DNA of 64,000 bases from Scenedesmus sp. PABB004 (taxonomy: Eukaryota), in contig CM026548.1 of the NCBI GenBank assembly GCA_014905635.1, positions 62,001-126,000 of the forward strand. The letters run 5' to 3'. Made by a program: the position numbers and the translations under genes. The notes under the pieces were generated by a model. That model saw only the letters and a list, made by a program, of their open reading frames with translations. It was not told where the DNA came from and did no database searches. Below, in pieces: positions 52,087 through 64,000 of this stretch; positions within the stretch are counted from its first letter, which is position 1, and every line of letters begins with the position of its first letter.

Positions 52087-53763
52087 TCAGCCCGCCGCCG
52101 CGCCCCGCCAGAGCAGCAGCGCGTCGCCGTCGTACGCGACCGCCGCGACGCTGTCGTCGCCGGCGCCGCAGAAGGCAACGCCGGTCAGCACCTCGTGGAA
52201 GGCCACGGCCGAGAGCAGGCACGCCGCCTGGCGCCGCGCGCGACCACCAGGGCGGGTGGGGCGGGTGGCGTCGGTGCGCATGGGGGGGGAGGGGGGGGGG
52301 CGGAGAGAGGCCCGGGGCCGCCCGCGCGTGGCCGCACCCTGGCGCCGTCGACCGGCAGCGACCACACGGCGACGGTGCAGTCCTCGGCGACCGTGGCCAC
52401 GACGTCCCGCGAGGGGTGGACGTCCAGCGCGCTGAGGCCGCACGCGTGCGCGGCGATCTCGGCGCGCAGCCCACCGTCGCGCTGCGGCGGCTCGCGCGCC
52501 CCGGGCGGGCACGCGGCGGAGGCGGTCATGACATGGTCAGCAGCCGCGCGCGCGCGCGCGCCTGCCGCCGAGGCCCATGCCAGCGGCGGCATGTGCGCGC
52601 GCGCGCACCAGATCGTACAGCACAAGCACGCCGTCGGCGCGGCCCGCCACGACCAGGCCCCTGCGCACCGCGAGGCCGGCGCACGGCGCGCCAGCCTCGA
52701 TGACGCGCGCCAGCGCGTGGCCGCCCGGCGCGCCGCCCGCCGCGGGCGTCCACACGCAGATGGTGCCCTGCGCCGCGGCGGCGGCGGCGGCGGCGGTGCC
52801 CCGCGTTGATCGAGCTGCGCAGCTCGGTGCATGCAGCCATCCTGCGCGCTGTGCGATCCCTCCACCCCCCTGTCACGCGCCTGGTCGTCGCAGCTGACCA
52901 GCTCGCCGCCGCCGCGGTCGTCGCCCCAGGCGCCCCGCCGCGACTGGAGGGCGCTGCCGAGCGCCACGACCGGCCGGCCGTGGTGCCGCAGCGTCGCCGC
53001 GTGCGCGAGCAGGGGGCCGCGCGCGATCGTGAACACGTGCACGTCGCCGCTGCTGGCGCCGGCGGCGAGCGCCAGCCCGCCCGCGCCGTCGGCGGCAAAC
53101 GCGAGGGCGCCGATGTAGTCGGCGTGGTGCGCCGAGGCCGGCGCGCCGCGCGGCAGCTCCCAGGCCCAGAGCAGCCGCGCGCCGGCGCAATCCCACACCT
53201 GGGCGTGGCGTGGCGGCGCGCGCCGGCGCGGCGGCTTGCGGGACGCTGCGCGCGCCGCGCGCGCCGCGCCGCGCGCGCCGTGCCGCGGCCCACCTGCAGG
53301 CCCACTTCGTTGCCCAGCGCGAGCAGCGGCGCGCCGTCTATGCTGCAGCCGCGCACGCACTGCACGCTGCTGTGGTGCTGCAGGTCGACCTGGCGGCGGC
53401 CGCGCGCGGCTCAGGGCGCGTCGGGGCGCGCGTGCCGCGGCCGCCGCCGCGCGCGCGTGCAGCACGCGCCGCGGCGGCGCACCCGCGTGGCCTCCAGCTC
53501 GTCGCCGTCTGCCGCCGGCAGGCACCTCACCACCACCCCCGCGCGTGTGTGCGCATAGGCGAGACCGCCGTCGCCCATGGCCGTGAGGTTGCCGAGCAGC
53601 AGCGACGGCGAGTGCTGCAGCGCCGCCTGCGGCCGGGGGCCACGGCAGCGCGGTCAGGCGCAGGCTGTGGATGGCCGCGCGACCATGGCTCGTTGTCAGG
53701 GCCGCAGCGGCCGGCGCCGCGCACCCTGGCAGGCGCAGCAGCCGGCCGCGTCGACGGCGCCAT
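52087..53763 (-). CDS. WD40-repeat protein, WDR54-like
   Basis: SPSLLLGNLT near the N-terminus, GASSGDVHVF, LVSCDDQGTICVW, EIAAHACGLSALDV..VATVAEDCTVAVW, LTGVAFC..SVAAVAYD resemble recalled WDR54 motifs. Confidence 0.7.
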
Positions 53764-54128
53764 CGCCGGCGGCGCTGCTGGCTGCTCGGCGCTGGACGAA
53801 GACGGCGCGGCGCCCTCGACCTGAGCTGACTCAGCGAGCACGCTGTGCGGCAGCGGAGCTCGCTGTGCCGCTGGATCACGACCGCGCGCTCGCGCCGAAC
53901 GTTGACCGCTCCGCGCTTCGCTGCCGCGCCGCGGCGTGCCGCGCCCGGTTGGCGATCGACGCGCTGGGCACGCGCGGTCTCACGACGAAGCGCCGGCGGG
54001 GGCCGCGGTTCACGTTCGGGGCCCTGCCGCTTCGGAATCCGGTCGGGGCGCGCGCCGCGTCGCAGCGGCGCGCTGCCAACCCCCCCCCCCCCCGTCCCCC
54101 GGCCCGGTCGGCGGCAGCTGCAAACGAC

Positions 54129-54817
54129 TCAGCCGTACGTCTTGTGGCTCACGACGCACGCGTGCCGCGGCGCGGCCGCCAGCTCCGCCGCGCTCAGCGG
54201 CCGCACGCCGGCCTGTCCCGCGTGCAGCGCGGCAAAGACGCGCCAGACGAGCAGCTCGGGCACCCCGGGCTGGCAGTAGTGGGTGCAGTCGAGCTGGCTG
54301 CGCGGCCCGAGGGCGCCGCCAACGTGGTTGCCGTGGAGGGCGACTGTGAAGTTGAACGTCGGCAGCACCGGCACGCCCGCGGGGCGCAGCGCCGCGTTGG
54401 CGGCGTCGCGCAGCGTCACGCCGAGCGCCCAGCCCTCGAGGCTGTGCAGGCGCCGCCGGTCGGCGGGCTGCTCCAGCTCGCCGCTGGCCGGCTCGAAGCG
54501 GAACCCCCGCGGCGCGGGGCGGCAGCTGCGGGCCGCGTCGTCCTTGACGTGCGCCGCGGGCGTCTGCCAGAACAGCAGGTGCGGCCAGTCGGCGCGCGTG
54601 GCCGCGGCAAAGCGCGCCAGCGCCGCGAGCGACGGCGCGTAGGTGTCGGGGCCGCCGCCCTTGTGCCACGCGCCAAAATTCACCAGGAAGATGTCCCGCG
54701 GCGCCGCAAACGAGGCGTGCAGCAGCGGCAGCACGCCGCCCTTCGCCACCTGCGCGCGCGCGTGCGAGGGCTTGAGGGGGAGGGGGCTCAGCGCCTGCGT
54801 GCGGCCCGCGTCCGGCT

Positions 54818-54901
<84 letters not shown>

Positions 54902-55858
54902 AGGGCCCCACCTGGCTGCTGTTTGCCAGGAGCGTGCCGACGACGGTCGGCACCATGCACACGCGCCCGCCGGCGGGGCCGAGCAGGTGGATGCAGTTTG
55001 TGACCTTGCTGCTGTACGGAAGGTCCTGCAGCTGCGCCGCGAGCGTCGCGTTGGGGGCGACCTCGCACTCCCGGTGGTCCCAAAAGTCCAGCAGGAAGCA
55101 GCCGAGGGCACGATATACGTACTGGCTGTGCGAGTCCCTGCGCGGCCAGCCGGGGTCAGCCGGGGTCAGCCGGGGTCAGCCGGGGTCAGCCGCGGTGAGG
55201 GGGGCCGCTGCCGCCGGGCCAGCGCGGCGCGTGCCGACCGCGCGCACCCCAGGAGCCACAGCGTGCGGCCGCGCAGGTACTGCATCAGGTGGCACGGCGA
55301 CAGCCGCAGCGCCGCGCCGCCGTCGAGGCCCCGGGCGAGCTCTGCGGGCGCGGCGCGGCACGTGAGCGCACGCCGCCTGGCCGGCCAGGCGCTGCGCCGC
55401 GGCCCCTGCTGCCCGGCCCCGCCGCGTGCCGCGTGCGGCTCGCGCACCCAGGCTGCTGGCCTGCTGCTCGGGCGAGCAGACGCCCCAGGTCGAGCGGCCG
55501 CTGTTGAAGGCACAGTTGCGCGCCCTGCGGCGGCGGCGGCGCCGGCGGGACAGGGGTGGGCGCGCGGGGGCAGGCGCGGCGCGCGCTGCCAGCGCGCCGG
55601 CGGCGCGCCGGCGCACCACGCGTCGCCGCGCGCTTGGCAGTGGCCGCCGAGGCAGCGCCCGCTGTCGCTCACGCCGCCCCAGAGCAGCGCGTCGCTGCTG
55701 TACACGTAGCCCACGCCGCACTTGTGGTGCGGCGGCAGCGGGCCAAAGCCCGCCGCGCGTCGCCGCGCGCGCGCGGCGGCTGGCAGCGGAGCTGCGGCCA
55801 GCGCGAGCACCGCCAGCAGCAGCAGCACGGCGGCGCCCGCCGCTCGCCGCCGCCGCAT
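54129..55858 (-). CDS. Secreted TBL/PC-esterase (SGNH-like polysaccharide O-acetyltransferase family)
   Basis: Signal peptide; LRGRTLWLLG|DSHSQ (GDS motif), NFGAWH, and DCTHYCQPGVPE (DxxH motif) are TBL/PMR5 hallmarks. Confidence 0.8.
55147..55190 (-). repeat. 10-nt tandem repeat (GCTGACCCCG)x4 at the 3' end of an intron
   Basis: cagc-cggggtcagc x4 on + strand, immediately before the acceptor ...gcgcag|GGACTCG. Confidence 0.85.
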
Positions 55859-56476
55859 GGCGTCAGCTGGGGCGCGCCTGCTGCGACGGTGCTGCGCCGG
55901 TGGCAGCCCCTGACCAGCCGCCGCCGCCCGGCAGCCTGGCCCCGCTGCTGGCAGCGCCGCCCGGCGCCGCTCGCGTCGCTGCGCCTGCTGAGCTGGAAGC
56001 AGCTGGAGCGCCCTGAGAGGTGTGTGCCTGGCGGGGAGCTGGCGGGAAGCGCGCGCGCGGTGGCGCCGGGCAGCGCGGCGAGGCGCGGAGCAGGCCCGGC
56101 CGGCGCGCTGCGGGGTCGCCCGGTGCGGTGCGTCTGCGCGCAGTGCCGGCAAGCGCGGCGCAGCTCAATGGCTGCAGAACCTGGGTCGAAGCGCCGATGT
56201 CACCGGCCCGTTCTGCTGCTGCTCTGCCCTTCTGTCTCCTCCGTCTCCAAGAGGCGCTGTTGTCCCGCGCCCGTCCGCCCCGCGCATCACACGCTCCCAA
56301 CGCATGTGACGCGCCCGCGCCGGCACGCCCCCCGCGCCCAGCAGCGCCTGGCGAGGCGACGCACTGCGACGGTGCAACACGGCCGGCGAGGCCCCCGCTC
56401 GGCTGTCTTGGAGTGCTCGTCAGCCCCGCGGCTCTCACAGCTCGCGCCCGTAGGTCAGCCGGCCCGGCGCGGCACT

Positions 56477-57968
56477 ATGGGCGCCACGCGGCGCGCCATC
56501 AGCAGCCGCCGCTGCCCGCCCGCGCGAGCGCTGCTGTGGGTCGTCGCCTGCGCGCTCGCGTGTGGGCCGGCGGCTGGCCAGGGGAGCAACCCCAACGGGG
56601 GCACCACGCCGCCGTCCGACAGCTGCTATAGCGGTGCGCCGCCGCCGTCGCGCGCCGCCGGCGTCGCGCCGCTGCCGCCGCGTCACCGGCCCCCCCGCCG
56701 GTGACCGCGGCGCCGCCACGAGCGCCGCCGCCGCCGCCGCGTGCGCGCCCGCAGGCATCGCGCGGCTGCGCCGGCGGCCCGGCCCCAACGAGTGCCAGCT
56801 GCGCTCGTCGCGCACACGGCCGCTGACCGCGCCGATGGACTTTGGCACCGACTGGCCGTGGGACTGCCTGGATGAGATGATCGTGTCGGTCGAGGGCTGC
56901 AAGATCAGCATGTTCAGCACCAAGAACAGCAGCGACGTGCTGCCCGACTTCTCCTGCAACTGGCTCGAGTACCAGGGATACATCAAGTCGGGTGCGCGCG
57001 TGCGGCGCGGCGGCGACGCCGCGCCCACGCCGCGCGGCGCGCGGGAGGGCGGCAGGGGCGCCGCGCGGGCGCGGGGGCCGCCGCCGCCGCCGCCGTGGCC
57101 AACGGCGCCGCCGCCGCCGCCGCCGCCAACGGCGCCGACGCGTCCGCGCCCGCGCCCGCGCGCGCGCGCCCGCAGCGCACGAGGCGCACCTGTCGGTGTG
57201 GCTGCGGCCCATCACGGTCGGCAAGTGGGTGCTCTACCACACCAACCTCACGAGCTGGCGGGCGCAGGGCGTGGCGACGGTCACGCTCGCCGACCTCACC
57301 GCGGCAATCACCCAGGTCTCTCGACGCGACCCGGAGCTGCCCGTGAGCCAGCTGCTGCGCCAGCCGGAGCTCGCGCCGCTGCTCAAGGACAGCACCGACT
57401 TTGCGCAGCAGGCCGCCGCCAGCGCGGGCGGGGGCGATGGCGGCGCCGCCGCCGGGCGCCGGCTGCTGCGCGTGCTGCAGCAGGCAGCCGCGGCCGGCGG
57501 CGCCGCGCCCGCCGCCGCGGCGGCGCAGCAGTGGCCCGTGCCAAAGCCGCCGCTGCCGGCGGGCGTGGAGGCGACCGTGGGCAACGGCCTGGTGTCGCGG
57601 CCCGTCGCCTGGTGCGCTGGCGCGCGCGCGAGGCCCCCGCGCCCCCTGCGCGCCCGGGCGCCCGCGCCGCTGAGCGCCGCGCCGCGCCGCGCCGCGCCGC
57701 GCCGCGCGTCGTTACGCGCGCGCGCCCGCAGGCAGGGCATGCTGGCCGACCTGTACGTGAGCAACGGCAGCCCCGTGTACGGCTTCCCCGCCAACGGCAC
57801 CGTGCAGCTGTTCAACAACCAGCGCTGCAACATGAGCTTCGAGGCGCGCGCGCGACCGCGACCGCCGCGCGGCCCCGCGCCCGCTGCGCCCCAGCCCCAG
57901 CGCCCCCCCCCCCACACACACACGCGCACACGCATCCGCGCCCGCCCGCCCGCGCCCCGCGCGCCCGC

Positions 57969-58038
<70 letters not shown>

Positions 58039-58503
58039 GGCGCGCAGGTGCTCGAGGGCGGCTTCCTCGGCGTCGGCGACGTCGACCCCGGCAGCGCGGG
58101 CGCGTTTGCAATGCCCTCCATCGAGCCCTACGACACGCCCTACGTCTTCTCGTACAGCCGCGACGCGCTCGCGAGCGTCGCGGGCTGCAGCAGCGCAGGC
58201 GCCGGCGGCGGCGGCGGCGGCGGCCCGGGCTGGGGCCGCGGCGGCGGCGCCGCGAGCGTCGCGGCAATCGTCATCCTCTCGGTCCTCGGCGCCGCCCTGC
58301 TCGGCAGCGTGGTGTACCTCGGGGTGCGGCTCTGCCGCGCGGGCAAGGCCCGCGGCGCGGCGCCGGCCGCGCCGTTTGAGGACGGCGCCGGCCGCGCGGG
58401 CAGCCCGCGCGGCGGCGGCGGCGCGCCCGGCGGCGGCGGCGCGATCGCGATGAGCCCGCTCGAGGACGCGGCGCGGCGCCACGGGCCCGGCGGCGGCATC
58501 TGA
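56477..58503 (+). CDS. Hypothetical type I membrane protein (signal peptide, Cys-containing ectodomain, C-terminal TM helix)
   Basis: ALLWVVACALACGPAAG signal; exons DWPWDCLDEMIVSVEGCKISMFS..FSCNW; TM SVAAIVILSVLGAALLGSVVYLGV followed by RLCR; stop 58501-58503. Confidence 0.7.
57971..58038. repeat. (CCG)n microsatellite, about 22 units, in an intron
   Basis: Uninterrupted gccgccgcc run before the acceptor at 58047. Confidence 0.85.
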
Positions 58504-58910
58504 CCTGCGCCGGGGGCAGGCCCCCGGGCGCGCGCGGGGCCGGCCGACCCTGCGCTCTGTCTGGCTGAGGTGCGGCGCGCCTTGAACGCGCGTGGTGTCA
58601 TTCGTCGTTTGTCGGCCGCGGTTTTGGCGGGGCTTGGGGCTCTTGCTAACGCATCATCGCCCGACGACCTGGTGCAGCGTGCCCGTGGCCAGGAGCTGGC
58701 TAGGCACACACACACGCAGCCCAGCGGCAGGATCCGCCCGCTCGGCAGCCTGCGCCCCGTTGCGGAGCGCGGCAGCAGCGGCACGCGTGGCGGCGCGGCG
58801 CAGGCGGCAGGAGGCAGACCTTCCAGCGGCGTGCCAGCGGCTCCAGCCACGCACGTTGCCCCGCGCGGCAGCGCCCGGCGACCGGCAGCGCCGCGGCAGC
58901 GCCCGCCGTA

Positions 58911-61900
58911 ATGTTTTCGGCTCTGGGGAACCTCTCCAAGCTCGCGGAGCAGGCGACACATGCCGTTGGCCTCGAGGCGACGCTGGTGCGGAGGCCGCCA
59001 ACCGCCGCGCTCCGGAAGCAGCGGCGGGCGTCGCTGCCCGCGGCTCAACAACGCCGCCGCCGCAGGAGACGGCGCGCCACCAGCTGCAGGACGGCCTCAG
59101 CAGCCTGGCGACGAACGTCCTGACGATCGAGCCGGGCGTCGCCGGCGCCAGTGACGGCACGCCGCCGCGGCCCGCGCCCGCGGCAGCGCAGCAGGCGCGA
59201 GCTGCCGCAGCCGACGACGACAACGCCGCCGACGCCGCCGATGGCTTCACCCGCATCCCGCTGAGCGCGCCGGCGGACGAGGTGCGCGCCGGGGGGGGGG
59301 GTGCGCGCAGCTATGGCGCGCCGCACTGCCGCAACCGCCGCCACCGCGACCGCCCGCCGCCGCCGCGACCGCCCGCCGCCGCCGCAGCCCGCCTCACCGC
59401 CGGCCAAGGCCGCCCGGGGCGCCAGCGCGGCGAGCCTGGCCAAGGAGAACGCGGCGCTGCGCGCGCGCCTGGCGCAGGTCGAGGGCGCGGCGAGCGACGC
59501 GCTGGGCGAGCTGCAGGACGCGCAGGACGAGCTGGACGCGCAGCGCGACGCACGGCAGGCGGCGGAGCGCGAGATCCTGGTGCTGGAGCAGCAGCTCGCC
59601 GCCGAGCGGGCCGAACACGAGCAGCACCAGCAGCCGGCGGCGGGCGGCGACCGCGAGCAGCTCGCGCAGCTGGCGGCACAGCTCGAGGCGGCGCAGGCGG
59701 CCGCCGCGACGTGGGAGAGCCGCGCTCGGAGCTTGAAGTCGGCCAAAAAGGAGGCCGAGGCGGCAGCAGCGGAGCTGGAGCAGCTGCGGCAGCAGCTGCG
59801 GGAGCGCGGCGGCGCCGAGCCGCGCGAGGGTGGCGATGCTGCCGTCGCCGCGCAGCAGGAGCTGGCGCAGCTGCAGGCGCAGCTGGCGGAGCAGCAGGCG
59901 CAGCTGGCGGAGCAGCAGGCGCTCGCCGCTGCGCTGCAGGGCGACCTGCAGGCGGAGCGCGAGCGCTGCAACGTGCTGGCGGAGCAGCAGAAACTCGGTG
60001 AGTCAACGCAGGCGGCGACCGCGGCCGAGCAGCTGGCGGCGCAGCTCGAGGCGGCACAGGCGGTCGCGGCGACGTGGGAGGGGCGCGCTCGGACCCTCAA
60101 GTCGGCCAAAAAGGAGGCCGAGGCGGAGCTGCAACAGCTGCGGCAGCAGCTGCAGCAGCGCGGCGATGCCGGCGGCGAGCGCGGCGCGGCAGAGCAGCTC
60201 ACGGCCCGCGCGGCCGCAGCCGAGGAGGCGCTGGCCGCGCTGCGGCTGGAGCTGGAGGCGGAGCGGCAGGCGCGCGCCGCCCTGGAGGGCAAGCAGTCGA
60301 CGGAGCAGGTGCTGCGGGACGAGCTGCGTCAGCTGCAGGCCCAGGTGGCAGAGGCGCAGGAGGAATGGCAGCTCGCGCACCACCAGCTGCAGCGCGCGCA
60401 CGACCAGCACCAGCAGCTGGCCGAGGCGGCCGCCGCCGCAGACGCGGCCGCCGCGGAGGCGCGGCAGCAGCTCGACGCCGCGGACGCGCGCCTGCAGCAG
60501 CGGGAGGGCGAGTGGGCGGGGCAGGAGGCCGCGCTGGCGCAGCAGCTGCAGGCGCTGCGGCAGCAGCTCGACGCCGCTGAGCGCGCGGCAGCGGACGCGG
60601 TGGCTCGGCCGGGCGCCGAGGCCGAAGAGGGCAGCGGCGCGGCCGCCGCGCGGCTCGAAGCGCTGCAGGCCCACGTGGGGGGCTGGGCCGCGGCGGTGGC
60701 GGCGCTGCAGCCCGCGCTGGAGGCGCTCGAGGCCTGCAGCGGTGCGTCGGCGCAGCAGCAGGCGCAGGAGCTGCTGGACGTGCTGCACAGCCAGCTGCTG
60801 CCGGAGCTGGCCGCTGCCGCGGCGGGCGGCGCCGACGGCGCCGACGCCGGTGGCAGCGCGCCGGGCGTGATCAACGAGGAGGCCGCGGAGCTGCGCCAGC
60901 AGCTGGCGGAGCAGCGCGCGGAGTGCGCCGAGCTCCAGCGGGCGCTGGACGAGCGCGGCGGCGAGGCGGCGGCGCTTCAGCGGCTAGTGCAGGAGCGGGA
61001 GGCCGACTGCCAGCAGCTGCAGGAGCTGCTGGAGCAGCGGGGCGCGGAGGCCAGCGCGCGCGCGGGCGACGTGGGCGCGGAGGCCGCCGAGCTGCGCGAG
61101 CAGCTGGCCGCGCTGAAGCAGCAGCAGGCCGCCGCGGCTGCCAGCCGCGCGGCGGAGCTGGCGGCACTGCGCGACGGCGCTGCCGCCGAGGTCGCGCTGG
61201 TGAGCGTCGCGCACGCACGCACGCCCAAGGGGGGGGGTGCACAGCAGCTGCACGAGCCCGCGCCGGCGCTCACTGCGGGCCGATGCGCCGCGCCCCCGCG
61301 CCCTGCCGCTGCGCGCAGGCCGTCTCCAAGGTGCAGGCAGCCTCCGAGGCAGCGGCAGCATCCGAGGCGCGCGCAGCGGCGGCAGAGGCTGCGGCGTCCG
61401 CCGCGGGCGAGGAGGCGCGCCGCCTGGCCGAGCAGGCGGCGGCGGCCGAGGCAGCGCTGGTCGCGGCGCGCGACGAGGCGGCGGGCCTGGCACGGGATTT
61501 GGCCGACCGCCGCGCCGCGGCGCAGCAGGAGGCCGAGCGCGCCGCGGCGCTGGAGCGGCAGCTGGCCGCGCAGCGACAGGAGTTTGACGCCGCGCTGTCC
61601 AGCAGGGCCGGCGAGGCGGCGCAGCAGGCGCTGTCCGACGCGGCGGCCGCCACAGCGGCGGCGGTCGCGGCCGCGCGCGCCGAGGTGTCGCAGCAGCTGG
61701 AGGCGGTCGCGGACGGCCTGCGCGCGGAGCTGGCCGACGCGCGGCAGCAGCTGGAGGCCGCGGCGGGCGCGCAGGGCGCCGCGACGCTCGCGCAGGAGGA
61801 GCTGGGCGCTGCGGCGGCGGCGCTGGCGGCGGCGGAGGCCGCGGCGGCAGCGGCGGCCGCCGAGCGCGACGCCGCGCTGGCCGAGGCCGCGTCGTCTGCT

Positions 61901-63110
61901 GCCGCAGCCGCCGCCGCGGCCGCGGCGTCCGAGCGGCTGCAGGCAGAGGCGGCGGAGCGCACCAAGCGCTTTGTGGCGCTGAGCAAGGCCCACAAGGCCA
62001 GCGAGGCGGCGCTGCAGGGCGAGCTGGAGCAGGTGGGCGGGGCGGCGGCGGCGCGCGCGCCGCCCGGCGGGCAGCAGCTGCGCGCGGCCGCGCGGCTGCG
62101 GCGGCCGAGCCCCCCGCCGCGTCCCGCGCCCGCAGGCGCGCCGCGAGCTGGCGGACATGCAGCAGCAGGTGGCTGGCGCGGCCGCGCAGGCGGAGGCCGC
62201 CGCCGCCGCCGCGCTGGGCGCGCAGCGCGAGGCCGACGAGGCGGCGCGCCAGCTGGGCGACGCGCGGGGCGAGGGGGCGCGCCTCAAGGAGCAGCTGGCT
62301 GCGCAGGTCAGCGCGGCGGCGTCCGCGTCGGCGCGGGCTGCCACGCTGGAGGCGCAGCTGGAGGCGGAGCGCGCGGGGCAGTCGGCCGCCGCGGCGGACG
62401 AGGCGGCGCGGGCGGCCGACCTCGAGCGCATGGTCGCGGCCGCGGTCGCGGCGCGCGAGGACGCGGCGGCGCGCCAGGTCGCAGACGCGCAGGCGGAGCT
62501 GCAGAAGGCGCTGGAGCGCGCCGACGCGGCGGCGGCGCGCGCGGCGCTGGCTGAGCAGGCCAAGATTGAGCTCACGCTGGCGCTCGCCGAGGCGGCCGAG
62601 GCCAGGGCGCGCGACGTCGACACCCACCACGTCGACGGCCACCCCGCGTCGCCGCGCGCCGGCGCCGGCGCCGGCGCGCCCGACGGCGGTGGCGGCGCGG
62701 GCGGCGGCGACGCCGAGGGCGGGCCGGCGCCGCGGCGCGGCGACGGCGGCGGCGGCGAGGGCCTGCCCGACGGCGCGACGGTGGTGCAGGCGAGCGAGCT
62801 GGAGGCCCTGCTCACGCGCGCGCAGGAGGCGGAGCTCGCGGCGGCGGTGCAGACGCGCCGCGCGGCGGCGGCGGAGGCCGAGGGCGACGCCCTGCGCGCG
62901 CGGCTGGCGGAGTGTGAGAAGCAGGTGCATGACCTGGGCTGGCAGGTGCGCATGGTCGCGGCGGTCGACCCGGTCACCATCGGCGGCGGCCGCGGCGGCC
63001 GCGGCGGCCCCGGCGGCCCCGGCGGCGGCGGCGCCGGCGGCGGCGCTGCGGGCGGCGGCTGGTTCGGCGACATGCTCGGCTGCGGCGCCAACTTTGTGCG
63101 CCACAAGTAG
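58911..63110 (+). CDS. Long coiled-coil protein (golgin/myosin-tail-like)
   Basis: MFSALGNLSKLAEQATHAVGLEATL start; about 1000 aa of A/E/Q/L/R heptads over 5 exons; ends EKQVHDLGWQVRMV..GWFGDMLGCGANFVRHK*. Confidence 0.75.
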
Positions 63111-63481
63111 CCGGCGGCTACTGCGCGGCGGCGTGTGCGCGCGGCGCGCGTGACCCCCCTCGCCGGCCGCGACCGCCGGCGCGGCGCGCGCGGTGTGGGA
63201 AGCTGCAGCCCGGCCGCGCACGCCGTCGTGGGCGGGCGTTTGGAGCGCACGGGCCAATTCGTGTGCAAAACCTCGCTGAACCCTGGGCCAGCCGGATCAC
63301 AACGCGCAGTCGCCCGCACGGCGCCGCCCCGCCCCCGCCACACTCCGCGCCCGCCCCGCCACACGCCTCATCGCCTCGGTCGAACGAGGGGCTCTCGCTT
63401 GTAGGCTGCAGGGCTTCGGTTCGATACGCCGGCACCCCGCCCGCGCGCGCCAGCGGCGGCAGCAGCGGCGCGCGTCGCCAG

Positions 63482-64000
63482 ATGGCGGCGGCGGCCCCCG
63501 GAGCCGCGCCGGCCTCGCCCAACGGCCGCTGCGTGGCCATCATCAACCCCGCGGGTGCGCTCGCAGCTGGGGAGGCCCGGGTAGGCTAGGCAGCGGCGCA
63601 GCAGCAGCGACGCCCGACGCCTGTGCGCCGCCCTGCCCGCGCTCAGGCGCCGCTGAGCGAGCGGCGAAGCTCTGGCATCGAGTCAGGCCTATCGTGGCTC
63701 GGGAGCTGGCTGGCAAGGTTCGGCGCGCGCCCGCCGCGTGGCGGCGCGCGGCCTGCTGTGGGGCGCACGCACGGCTCGCCGCGCCAGCTGCGCCGCCTGC
63801 CGCGCGCAGCTGGAGCTGGACGAGCTACTGACGTCTGGCCCCGGCGACGCGGCGGCGCTGGCCGCGGAGGCGGCGCGGCGCGGCGCGGCGGTCGTGCTCG
63901 CGGTCGGCGGCGACGGCACGCTGCACGAGGTCGCCAACGGCCTGCTGGCCGCGGCACCGCGCAGCGGCGCGCCCCCGCCGGCGCTGGCTGTGCTGCCGAT
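63482..64000 (+). CDS. Diacylglycerol/sphingosine kinase catalytic-domain (YegS/BmrU-like) protein, 5' part, truncated by the window edge
   Basis: [18 protein letters not shown]..|[43 protein letters not shown] and GGDGT motifs of DAGK_cat. Confidence 0.85.

Overview
Eukaryotic nuclear DNA, extremely GC-rich (roughly 80% by eye), gene-dense and intron-rich. LHCSR, a plastid ferritin, starch synthase III, TGTAA poly(A) signals and TTTAGGG-type motifs point to a chlorophyte green alga (probably Sphaeropleales/Selenastraceae-like; inference). Most long six-frame ORFs in the track are GC artefacts. Splicing exons by hand gives about 20 genes: a KH-domain protein, ferritin, BUD23-like methyltransferase, starch synthase III, a hypothetical protein, metallophosphoesterase, D-cysteine desulfhydrase, MSI4/FVE, ULP1 SUMO protease, lumenal TPR protein, LHCSR, mitochondrial carrier, HPR1, EH-domain protein, PI4-kinase, WDR54-like protein, TBL/PC-esterase, type I membrane protein, coiled-coil protein and a truncated DAGK-family kinase. 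The most striking unexplained signals concern RNA processing: (1) at least 22 GC-AG introns, roughly one in six by manual count; (2) telomere-type heptamers confined to SS3 introns and polarised (G strand near donors, C strand near acceptors); (3) both TAA stop codons sit inside a TGTAA poly(A) signal. There is also a possible LHCSR-carrier-HPR1 light/CO2-stress neighbourhood. Several single-base frameshifts in conserved genes look like assembly errors. No rRNA, tRNA, CRISPR or transposase was seen. Gene spans are start-to-stop including introns and were read manually.
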